Source: Azolla caroliniana (Eukaryota; Plantae; Polypodiophyta). Taken from it: a stretch of DNA of 64,000 nt. The position numbers and the translations under genes are program-made. The notes below the pieces were generated by a model that was not told the origin of the DNA, searched no databases, and worked only from the letters and a program-made list of their open reading frames with translations. Position 1 is the first letter of the stretch. Each line of letters starts with the position of its first letter. Location of the stretch: contig JBHGNT010000009.1 in the NCBI GenBank assembly GCA_043228905.1, positions 7,812,001-7,876,000 of the forward strand. Direction: 5' to 3'. Below are positions 36,948-45,784 of this stretch, piece after piece.

Positions 36948-39575
36948 CTATTCCTGTAGCTCTTCATCCGAATCGTTCAGAATATCAAAAATCGAAGGTT
37001 CATCTGGCCTTGGATGTATTCCACCTATATCTTCCTCTTCATCTTCGTCTGTGTCACAGTCCTCCTTCGGAGCAGGTTTTGATTCGGTTGGCTGCTCTGG
37101 TTCACTTCTTCCGGCAGCTTGAATACCAGGAGTCTTGCTGGTTCTTTCGGCTTCGATTTTATCCAACTGGACGGAAGTGCCTATATCATTTTTGTCGAAT
37201 TCTTGCATAATACGTTGAATTTCTTCTCTGTAAAATGCCGCAATTTCATCCATATCTTTCATGATATCCTCTTGGATATTGTCAATATCCTTTTGTGTCA
37301 TTTTAAAAAAACCTGCACCTTGTACCTGACGGTTATTTTTGTCGGCACGCAATATCTGTAATTCCGCCGCTTGTGCTGTCCATAACTTCCATCCTTGCGC
37401 AAGGGATTCATCGATCAGTTTCTTTGCTAGGTTTCGATGTTTACCTATGATGTGCTGCACTTTGTCCCTAGTGATGCTTGCGACGTACTGGGCGGTTTGC
37501 AACTCTTTCTGTAAATCCGTAATAGTGGTTCGGTTCTCACTTTCAGCTCGCATTAATTTGGATTCGACTATATATATATCCAGCCGTCTTTGTTCCGCTA
37601 TCTTCCGAATTTCGTCCAGTTGTTGTTCGAATGCCGATTTCTCTCTACTCCATTCCTCCTGCTGTTCCGTCATTCTTCTGTTAACTTCTTCAAGACTCTG
37701 CTGTTTTTCTGTCAATTGACTTTCCTGTGACACTATATACCTTTCGAATTCTTCAATTTGTTCGGTATATGTATGATTGGCCGTCTTAGCTTCTTCTAGA
37801 TTTTTCTGTAATTCGTTTATTACTTGATTCTTTTCTTCGAGAGCTTTGTATTGACCCTTCTGAATGGTTTCTATTTGTTTTTCTAATTCTATAATTCGAA
37901 ATACTGCATTGTTGGCCCTTGTTGTTTCTGCTTGTCGTGCTTTCTCAGTATCCTCTAATTTCTGTTGCCATTCTGATTCCAACACCATAAGCCGTGCCTG
38001 TGTTTCCCATTTGTTTAGACTTTCCTTTAGTTCTTTATTTTCTGCTTGTATGTTACAAAACTGATGCTTCAGCACCTCCGCCGATGCTGATACACTTTTG
38101 TATCTTTCAGCCATATCACTGGCTGCTTTGCGTGCCGTTTCATATTCTTTATGAATTTCGACTAGTGCTTCATGTAATGGTGGCATTTCAATAGCCTCCC
38201 CTCTATGCTGTGCACTTCTTTTCCGGCCTATTTTCTCTATCTCTGCTTTTTCTTGAGGTTCCAACACTCCTCGTAAAGCTTTCTGTATCATTATTCGGTC
38301 ATTATGTTCTTGAGCCAGCCGTTCTGATACTTCTGTCAGTCTTTTAGCCAACCATTCAACCAGTTCGTATGAAGTTCCGAACTGCAAAATGGCCGCTAAT
38401 TCATGTGCTGCTGGTGGGATATCCAAGTATCCATGTGCTTCCCGAATGGCTACTTTTGAAGATTGTCCTTGGTGAGGTTGTGTCGAAATGCTCTCATCCC
38501 CTGGTTTTAGTACTTCTGTCACCACAGGCGTATTCGAGTTTTCATTTGTGCGTTGCCTTTTTGGTGCTGATCCCTCCCTGTTTTCTGGTTGTAATTGCCG
38601 ATTAGCCTTTTGTTTAATCCTTGTTCTTTGTCGATTTTCTGTTGGCTGTTGCTTGTGTCTCAAATTGTCAACTGTTTCTGGTTGTCTGTTTTCGGAATTC
38701 TCTGGTCTAGGTGGTTCCGACTGAGACATATTTGTTTGTATATTATCGGCATGTGCCGATTCTTCTTCTATCCATTCTTCATGTACTAGCTGTCGGTGTC
38801 TTCGTGGTGCTTGTATTATCGGTGGTCTTCTTGACTGAACAGGAGTTTCCGATTCTTGAATCGGAAACAATACTGATAACCAACGGCCAAAAATTTGCTT
38901 CATCGGTTTTCCTGTTTTTACCCCTTGTAGCTGCTCTCTCAGAGCTTCCCCCGACAATAGTGGCCAGTTGAAATCCTCTTTTTCATATGCGGCTATAATA
39001 AACCCAGCCCTTTTTTTCGGCATACAATAAAAACGAGGACTGACAAATCCCACCTCTAGTAAAAACCTCGCCACTTCATGAAAAAACTCATCCCGACCTC
39101 CATAAGTCTGATATGCTTTTGCCGAGGGTGAGTATTCCCCGAAATACGATTGGAGTGCTTCTGATGAAGGTTTTTTAACTGCCTCAAAACCTCCTCTTGG
39201 CATCTGTAATGTATTTCGTATTTTCTTTGTTGTGATTTTGGTGATGTCTATTTGTTGTACCAATTCTTCCGCCTGCGGGTGAGGTTCCGCTTCTGCTATT
39301 TTGATGAAACCTTGTAAGTTTCTTTCATGAAGCCACAATCGCAGTTCTTCAGATACAGGAATCGGCATGTCTTCTGTGTTTCCTTGTTCTGAATCACTTG
39401 TCGATGACAGTTGCAGATCTGCACAGTTTCTGTAGCGATAAAAATCAGAAAAACAGAGTTTGGGCGATCTAGGGCACGAAGGAGGCTCAGACTGTTTCGA
39501 TATCTGCACTCGTTTCCGTTGTTTTGGCGATACAGACGATACAGAAATATGTTTTAAAGATATTAATTTATGCAT
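36948..39575 (-). CDS. Extra ORF (875 aa; start may be MPIPVSEEL at ~39369): globular N-domain, disordered linker, long coiled coil, conserved C-motif; function unknown
   Basis: Uninterrupted 2.6-kb ORF between pol and the 3' LTR on the gag-pol strand. E/K/Q heptad-rich region, no evident TM helix, and a homologous motif at 12846-12986. Confidence 0.85.
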   Translation of the reverse strand: MHKLISLKHISVSSVSPKQRKRVQISKQSEPPSCPRSPKLCFSDFYRYRNCADLQLSSTSDSEQGNTEDMPIPVSEELRLWLHERNLQGFIKIAEAEPHPQAEELVQQIDITKITTKKIRNTLQMPRGGFEAVKKPSSEALQSYFGEYSPSAKAYQTYGGRDEFFHEVARFLLEVGFVSPRFYCMPKKRAGFIIAAYEKEDFNWPLLSGEALREQLQGVKTGKPMKQIFGRWLSVLFPIQESETPVQSRRPPIIQAPRRHRQLVHEEWIEEESAHADNIQTNMSQSEPPRPENSENRQPETVDNLRHKQQPTENRQRTRIKQKANRQLQPENREGSAPKRQRTNENSNTPVVTEVLKPGDESISTQPHQGQSSKVAIREAHGYLDIPPAAHELAAILQFGTSYELVEWLAKRLTEVSERLAQEHNDRIMIQKALRGVLEPQEKAEIEKIGRKRSAQHRGEAIEMPPLHEALVEIHKEYETARKAASDMAERYKSVSASAEVLKHQFCNIQAENKELKESLNKWETQARLMVLESEWQQKLEDTEKARQAETTRANNAVFRIIELEKQIETIQKGQYKALEEKNQVINELQKNLEEAKTANHTYTEQIEEFERYIVSQESQLTEKQQSLEEVNRRMTEQQEEWSREKSAFEQQLDEIRKIAEQRRLDIYIVESKLMRAESENRTTITDLQKELQTAQYVASITRDKVQHIIGKHRNLAKKLIDESLAQGWKLWTAQAAELQILRADKNNRQVQGAGFFKMTQKDIDNIQEDIMKDMDEIAAFYREEIQRIMQEFDKNDIGTSVQLDKIEAERTSKTPGIQAAGRSEPEQPTESKPAPKEDCDTDEDEEEDIGGIHPRPDEPSIFDILNDSDEELQE

Positions 39576-39758
39576 GATGACTTAAAGAATAGTAATTACT
39601 ATTAATGTAGGAATTAATTAGTATTCACTCTACGTGTAGTGGTTGTACTTGTTACTAATAATCATGCAATTCCTCTTTCTATTTATAGTCGATTCATACT
39701 GTTTATGGCAAGATTGTATTTCACATTTGACAAGAACTATTGAGTGAGTTAGTTAGTG

Positions 39759-39785
39759 TTTTTTTTTTTTTTTTTTTTTTTTTTT
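39759..39785 (-). repeat. Poly(A) tract (sense strand) starting in the pol stop codon
   Basis: ~27 consecutive T on the + strand. Confidence 0.9.
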
Positions 39786-42315
39786 ACTCTTCCGTTTGAA
39801 TAAACGGATTTACCGGCATATCTCCCAAATACGGTTTAAGCCGAAATCCATTTACCCATTTTGGTAAAACCTCTCCAGTCAATGATCCCAGTTGGTACGT
39901 ACCATTTTTACTATTAATTATCCATACTGGACCTGTCCATCTATACCGGAGTTTCCCAGGCATAAGTCCCATTCTCGTCTGGAATACCAATACCGGTTTC
40001 CCAATTTCGAATTGCTCTTCCGATTTCCTTCGATGTCGGTTTACGAATGCCTTGATTTGTCTCTGCTTGTGTTCTAGTGCTGACATTGATTGAATCCGTT
40101 CTTCTTCTAATACTAATAAAGCCTCTTTGCGTATCTGCTCCGATTCTATTTCATTTAACTTATTCGTTGCTTGGATACGAAGTGTCGGAATTTGAAATTC
40201 GATTGGCATAACGGCTTCGAGTCCGAATGCCATTCGGAAAGGTGTTGATTTAATGGATGTTTTGTACGAAGTACGATATGCCCATAATGCACTATTTAAC
40301 TTTTGATCCCAATCAGTACGATTTTCATTCACTATCTTCTTTAAAATTGTTTGAATTGTTTTATTTGTTGATTCTGCCAATCCATTAGCTTGGGGATAGT
40401 AAGGCGTACTTTTCTTATGAACTACGGCATAGTAATTGGTTAATTCGTTAATTAACTTGTTAATAAAATGAGTGCCTTGATCGCTTACCAATTCTATTGG
40501 GCAACCGAATCGACACCATATATACTCATACAGGAATTTTGCTGTGGATGCTGCCGTATTGTCCCTGAGAGCTTTTGCTTCAACCCATTTTGTGCAATAC
40601 TCAGTCGCAATTATGATATATCGATTACCGGTTCTTGCAGCTGCTGGTTTGAATGGGCCAACAAAATCTAAGCCCCATTTCTGAAATGGCTCAAGAGGTA
40701 AAACCGGTTGAAAAGGCATTCGATCCTTTTCGGTTGGTTGCCCCATTCTTTGACACAAATCGCATTTCTTACAGTATTCGTTAGCATCTTTCATCACCGT
40801 TGGCCACCATAACCCGCTATTCCATATTTTTCTGGCTGTTGCTTCTCCTGCGTAATGACCGCCAGCAATTCCACAATGTGACTCTGTTAATATGGCTGAT
40901 TTTTCAAATTTTCGTACTGCCCTTCGCCATATTCCATCCGCTCCTTTATGATACAACATGTCATTAAATAAACAAAAATTCCGACTTCGTACTGCAATTC
41001 TTTTTCTTTCATCTATCGACATGTGTTCGGCCGGAATTCCTGTTGATAGAAATATCGTCATTTCGGAAATCCATTCATCCTCTTTTTCCTCATTCACTTC
41101 ATGTGCTTTTACGGCCTCCACCCGAAATAATTGAGTATCTGGAAAATCATCTTTAACCCCAACCGCTTCTTCTCCAGACTCAAGCCGACTGAGATAGTCA
41201 GCAATCGCGTGTTGTGCTCCTGGTCGATGTATAATGTCAAACTCAAACTCTTGAAGCAATAATGTCCATCGGGCCAACTTGCCTGTCAATTCTTGTTTGG
41301 AAACTAGATACAGTAAAGCCGAATGATCCACATGAAATGTAAATTTCTTACCCAAAAGGTAATGTCGAAATTTGTTCACACTATATATCATTCCCAAAGC
41401 TTCTCTTTCGGTTGTTGAATAGTTTCTTTCGGCCGACGAAAGTTTCCTACTGGCATAGTATACCGGCCTATACCAGTTTGGTTCGGATAATTGCATTAAA
41501 GCACTGCCTATGGCAATGTCCGACGCATCGACGAAAACATGAAATTGTTTGTTCCAGTCCGGTGGTTGAACTACCGGTACGTTCGTCAGCATCTTCTTGA
41601 GACATTCGTACGCATCTTGTTCTATACTTGTCCATATAAAAGGAACTTTGTGTACTGCTGTGTGTAACGGAGTAGCAATGTCTGCTAGATATCTCATCAT
41701 TCTACTGTGCCACCGAATTTGACCCAAAAATCTACTTAGAGCTTTAGCATTTGTTGGTGGTGTTGCCTCAATAATTGCTTTAACTTTATCTGGGTCCACT
41801 GCAATCCCTTCTTGACTGACAATATGCCCAAGTAATGTACCACTCATTACCCCGAATGCGCATTTGGCTGGATTTAAACTAAGACGCCCTTTTCGACATT
41901 TTTCTAAACATAGCCGTAAATGCTCAAAATGATCCGCTTTCCGACTATATACTGCAAAATCATCTAAAAACACCTGCATGAAAGCTGGAATATATTCCCC
42001 GAATATTTCCTGTATTACCCGCTGAAATGTAGCTGGAGCTGTTTTTAAACCGAACATCATGACTACTGCCACAAAGACACCCCATTCTGTGACGAAAGCT
42101 GTCTTTTCCTGATCTTCCGGATTCATCCGTACCTGGTTGTACCCACTGAACCCATCCAAGAAACTATAAATTTCATGTCCCGCTACTGCATCTAATATCC
42201 CATCTGTGAATGGCAATGGAAACGCATCCGTAATTGTCGCTGCATTCAATTTTCTGTAATCCACACATACACGAATTTTCCCATTCTTTTTCGGGACGAC
42301 TACTATCGGACTCAT
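39784..42315 (-). CDS. Pol: RT - RNase H - integrase
   Basis: FLDGFSGY, FLDD, VDASD..YYASRKL, HHCC Zn finger, GLDFVGP / SDQG / E triad and WTGP C-terminal module. Confidence 0.95.
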   Translation of the reverse strand: MSPIVVVPKKNGKIRVCVDYRKLNAATITDAFPLPFTDGILDAVAGHEIYSFLDGFSGYNQVRMNPEDQEKTAFVTEWGVFVAVVMMFGLKTAPATFQRVIQEIFGEYIPAFMQVFLDDFAVYSRKADHFEHLRLCLEKCRKGRLSLNPAKCAFGVMSGTLLGHIVSQEGIAVDPDKVKAIIEATPPTNAKALSRFLGQIRWHSRMMRYLADIATPLHTAVHKVPFIWTSIEQDAYECLKKMLTNVPVVQPPDWNKQFHVFVDASDIAIGSALMQLSEPNWYRPVYYASRKLSSAERNYSTTEREALGMIYSVNKFRHYLLGKKFTFHVDHSALLYLVSKQELTGKLARWTLLLQEFEFDIIHRPGAQHAIADYLSRLESGEEAVGVKDDFPDTQLFRVEAVKAHEVNEEKEDEWISEMTIFLSTGIPAEHMSIDERKRIAVRSRNFCLFNDMLYHKGADGIWRRAVRKFEKSAILTESHCGIAGGHYAGEATARKIWNSGLWWPTVMKDANEYCKKCDLCQRMGQPTEKDRMPFQPVLPLEPFQKWGLDFVGPFKPAAARTGNRYIIIATEYCTKWVEAKALRDNTAASTAKFLYEYIWCRFGCPIELVSDQGTHFINKLINELTNYYAVVHKKSTPYYPQANGLAESTNKTIQTILKKIVNENRTDWDQKLNSALWAYRTSYKTSIKSTPFRMAFGLEAVMPIEFQIPTLRIQATNKLNEIESEQIRKEALLVLEEERIQSMSALEHKQRQIKAFVNRHRRKSEEQFEIGKPVLVFQTRMGLMPGKLRYRWTGPVWIINSKNGTYQLGSLTGEVLPKWVNGFRLKPYLGDMPVNPFIQTEE

Positions 42316-43511
42316 GTTGATTTTTTGACGGGTCGAATAAATCCTACTTTTAAGAGTTTATCGATTTCTTCTTTTACTTTGATAGCATAATTCGGATTCA
42401 ACCTGTACCTGCGTTGTTGTACTGGCTTTGCATCTTTATGCAAATTGATTTGATGTTGACAAAAAGCGGGATCCAGACCTTTCATATCGTCAAAGGACCA
42501 TGCAAAAACATCTTTATATTGTAATAGTAATGTTGTTAATGTCCGTTTGTCATTTTCCATCAAATCTCTAGCAATCAAGATTGTTTTTCTTTCAGCATCC
42601 TCTACTCCTGCCAAATCAATTTCCTCCAATGCTGAGGCTTGCACTCTCTGAGATACCTGCAATTCCTTATCTGTAGCTTCTTGTTGCATCCGTATTTCTT
42701 TTATTGTTTGCTCATCGATTGGCACTTCTTCGTGTGAGTCTACATATGGTGTTAATGCTTGCAAAATATCTACCTCAAATAGAGGGATGATTTTTTGATT
42801 ATCATCAAAATACTGACTTTCTTCTTCCTCGTCCAATCCTTCCATCATATTAACTGCTTCTGCATATACAGGTAAACTCTGTTTGCTTGTTGTTACTTTG
42901 TTGTGCGTCGGAATCCTGACCTTGTTTTTTCCTTTTCTAAATGTTAGCACATTTTGTTTCCAATTTTGTTTAATATTAGCTGTCTTTAACCATGGTCTCC
43001 CCAATAACAAGGGGTATGCTCCCTGTGTTTCTAACTGCAAAATTACTGCCGAAATCTGAAAACTGTGTCCCCCGATTATTACATCGAGTTGTCGAAGCAA
43101 ACCAATCGGTCGTACCGTACTTGTATCTGCCATTCGTAACCAAAACGGACATGCTTCCCATTCCGTGATTCCCAGTTTTTCACATGTAGTTTTGTTAATC
43201 ACATTAACACCCGAGCCTCCATCTATAATCACATTTCCGATTTCTTGCCCGTAAAGTATTACCTTAATAGACGGATTCTGTTCATCCATGATCGAAGGGT
43301 TATTACTTGGCTGATTGTAGTGTACTGCTATTTGTTCGGAACCTTTATATGTAATTAATGCTGCCACTTTTTCTGTAAACCTTGGTACTAACTTAAGTAA
43401 GCCCTTAAGTGGTAATGACACTTGACAATCAGCCAACAGTTTCCAAGTTTCTTCCTGTTCCTTATTCTCCAATGACTGTTGTACAGCGATGTCCTGGTCA
43501 ATGTTATTATC
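42312..43511 (-). CDS. Aspartic protease and RT N-terminus, in frame with gag after one TAA
   Basis: VIIDGGSGVNVI, LLLGRPWL, KPVQQRRYRLNP. Ends at a frameshift in the WxSP motif. Confidence 0.85.
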   Translation of the reverse strand, partial: DNNIDQDIAVQQSLENKEQEETWKLLADCQVSLPLKGLLKLVPRFTEKVAALITYKGSEQIAVHYNQPSNNPSIMDEQNPSIKVILYGQEIGNVIIDGGSGVNVINKTTCEKLGITEWEACPFWLRMADTSTVRPIGLLRQLDVIIGGHSFQISAVILQLETQGAYPLLLGRPWLKTANIKQNWKQNVLTFRKGKNKVRIPTHNKVTTSKQSLPVYAEAVNMMEGLDEEEESQYFDDNQKIIPLFEVDILQALTPYVDSHEEVPIDEQTIKEIRMQQEATDKELQVSQRVQASALEEIDLAGVEDAERKTILIARDLMENDKRTLTTLLLQYKDVFAWSFDDMKGLDPAFCQHQINLHKDAKPVQQRRYRLNPNYAIKVKEEIDKLLKVGFIRPVKKST

Positions 43512-45269
43512 TTATAACATTCGATTCACATTACTCTGATTTGCTTCCTCCACCCATTCCTTTGCGGCCTTCCGAACTTCTTCCTGAATTTCCCACTCTG
43601 ATTGTTTGCTTTTGCTGCGTGTCGTTACTTGCTGAACTTTCGGTATTACCATATTAACTGCTGGACCCTTTCCTTTAACCGGACATTGATTAGCATAATG
43701 GCCTAGTTGTCGACAAATGTAACAAGTGGGCACAAATGTTGCACTGGTCTCTCCATGTGCAAATTGCCCGTTATTAAATTGCTGCTCTTCATTACCATTC
43801 GAGTTTTGTTGGTATTGACGTGTAGCTTTTGGTTTGTAAAATCTCTTGTTTTTATACCTATTCGGCCTAAATTGTTCAGTATTATCATTTGGTTGTGCTA
43901 TATTGTGTGGTATCCCGAACTCCTGATTTGGCGAAAAATTACTCTGTTGAAACATTTGATTATTTTGTGGAACAGTTTGAGTATTATGTTGAAAAGTCAT
44001 ATTACCCGGTTGAAATGCCGGATTTGGTTGAAATGTAGAATTCGGTTGCACATTCGGACAGTTCTGTTGAAACCCTTGAAATGGTGGATTACCTTGTTGG
44101 AAACTTTGATTATTTTGTTGAAAATATTGATTCGGATTCTGTACGAATAGTGGGTTGGATTGAGCAAAACCTGGTTGAAATGCTTGAGTCACTTGAGTGG
44201 GTTGCAAATTTTGTTGTGAAAAGATCTGATTTGGCTGTAGAACCGGGTTCTGTTGTACATTTTGCTGATTTTGTGAATTATTATTTTGATAACCATTGAA
44301 CAGATTAGTGTTATTTTGGTAACCATTGTCAGCAAAAATTTGTCGTACTGACGCCGTAGTCTTATTAAGCAGATTATATTCACATTGTTCTACGGAATGT
44401 AATTTTGAATGACATATTGTACAATGTGTTCTTAACGTACAGTCAATTGCCGAATGCCCCGTATTTAAACAAGTGGTGCATTGCACTGCTTGTCGAAATT
44501 GTAACTCCTCCATTGTTGGTAATGTACAGTGTAATGCCGACATGTCCATACTCTGAACATTGACCGGTGGTCGACCCATTTCTATTGCTTTATCAATGAC
44601 TTGTTCGATAGTCTGATTTCGAAAATCGAACACTTTCAATGTCGTCCTTAATGGTTCTTTTACAGCTTCTAGAAAGACTTCTTTTAATTCTTTATCCGGA
44701 ATCGGTCTTGAAATCTGAAGCTGTAAGTTCTGAAATCGTATCACAAACTGAGATACTGTTTCATTTTTTTCTTGATATAACGCATAAAATTGCGCAATCA
44801 AATCCTTCTGCGGAATTTGTTGATGAAATAATTGTAAAAATTTACTAGTTAATACTTCGAAGGATGGAAATCCTTGAAGACCGTTCTGCGCAAACCAATT
44901 AGCGGAATATCCGTCTAATGATAAGACAAACTCAGCGATTTTTGACTTATCTTCGGCATCTGCCGACAATCGCTGTGCTCCATGGTTAATCTCCCATGTC
45001 GTTAAGAAATCCCTAACATGTGCTTCCGCATCTGTTCCTTCCCGGAACTTAGAATAAGTATAAGGCATATCGTCCCAAATGTCGTAAAACGATACCTCTT
45101 CCGTCTGTTTTTCGTCTGAAGGTAATTGATCGGATAAGTCAGGGAGTTTCGACCACTTTGTGCTTGATTCCGGCTGTTCTTGCGTAATGAACGCTTGCTG
45201 CACTACCTTCGTAACTGACCTTGTACGAGGGCGCTTACAACTGACCGGTGCCTCCTCTTCATACGACAT
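43512..45269 (-). CDS. Gag with three CCHC zinc knuckles and a Q/N-rich region
   Basis: Retrotransposon gag core (QEKNETVSQFVIRFQNL) plus CTTCLNTGHSAIDC, CTICHSKLHSVEQC and CYICRQLGHYANQC. Confidence 0.88.
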   Translation of the reverse strand: MSYEEEAPVSCKRPRTRSVTKVVQQAFITQEQPESSTKWSKLPDLSDQLPSDEKQTEEVSFYDIWDDMPYTYSKFREGTDAEAHVRDFLTTWEINHGAQRLSADAEDKSKIAEFVLSLDGYSANWFAQNGLQGFPSFEVLTSKFLQLFHQQIPQKDLIAQFYALYQEKNETVSQFVIRFQNLQLQISRPIPDKELKEVFLEAVKEPLRTTLKVFDFRNQTIEQVIDKAIEMGRPPVNVQSMDMSALHCTLPTMEELQFRQAVQCTTCLNTGHSAIDCTLRTHCTICHSKLHSVEQCEYNLLNKTTASVRQIFADNGYQNNTNLFNGYQNNNSQNQQNVQQNPVLQPNQIFSQQNLQPTQVTQAFQPGFAQSNPLFVQNPNQYFQQNNQSFQQGNPPFQGFQQNCPNVQPNSTFQPNPAFQPGNMTFQHNTQTVPQNNQMFQQSNFSPNQEFGIPHNIAQPNDNTEQFRPNRYKNKRFYKPKATRQYQQNSNGNEEQQFNNGQFAHGETSATFVPTCYICRQLGHYANQCPVKGKGPAVNMVIPKVQQVTTRSKSKQSEWEIQEEVRKAAKEWVEEANQSNVNRML

Positions 45270-45304
45270 CCATTCGAATTGTTCTCTGCTTAATTGCAGA
45301 TGTA

Positions 45305-45317
45305 ACCGGGCGTGCCA
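45305..45317 (-). promoter_or_regulatory. Primer binding site, tRNA-Arg type
   Basis: TGGCACGCCCGGT lies 11 nt downstream of the 5' LTR and resembles the complement of a plant tRNA-Arg(UCU) 3' end (recalled, not database-checked). Confidence 0.7.
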
Positions 45318-45328
45318 AAATTCTTCTG

Positions 45329-45784
45329 TGTTAATCGGCTAATTACTAACTACTACCGATACAGAAGAGTGAACGTCGCTCCTCAACGTTCTAACAAGGA
45401 ATTGTGTTTTACGAACGGAATTGCTAGATCAATAGGTAATTATCGTGATCGTTATTTAGCTATAAATTAGGAAGCTTGCACTTAAGATCATAGACAACAG
45501 AGAAACACAGAATCCGTACAAAATATTCCTAACTTAAACTTATATTACTAAATAAAACGACCCTTCTTACAATGCCTTTGGTTCCCTTTTATAGGTATAC
45601 CGAAGGTCTTTTCTCATCAAGAACTATTCCTACTCTCTAACAAGATTTACAAAATTATCTAACTAACTTAGTTCTCTTCGTTTTACTGCTGAGTCATTGA
45701 TCCGAACAGTCGATCCGAACCGACTCTGTTTTTCGACGCTTTCCCACCTGTTCGGTAAAACTGACTGTCCGGGTCCGAGTAACA
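45329..45784 (-). repeat. 5' LTR
   Basis: Direct repeat of 36448-36903, with a minus-strand TATAAAA at ~45590. Confidence 0.96.

Larger units (their letters stand above)
36448..45784 (-). mobile_element. Young full-length non-chromovirus Ty3/Gypsy (Phygy/Athila-like, no extra archaeal-type RNase H) with a 3' extra ORF
   Basis: 456-bp LTRs at 45329-45784 and 36448-36903 with 2 visible mismatches, TG..CA termini, TSD AATGG, order gag-PR-RT-RH-INT then extra ORF. Confidence 0.96.

Noticed and set aside
36948-39575. Extra ORF as retroviral env or a host SMC/myosin gene
   Set aside because: No signal peptide, TM helix or ATPase/motor motifs are evident, and it lies within the LTRs.
43707-44150. 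Antisense ORFs over gag, pol, the extra ORF and the LINE
   Set aside because: Shadow frames of real coding strands with no recognisable motifs.
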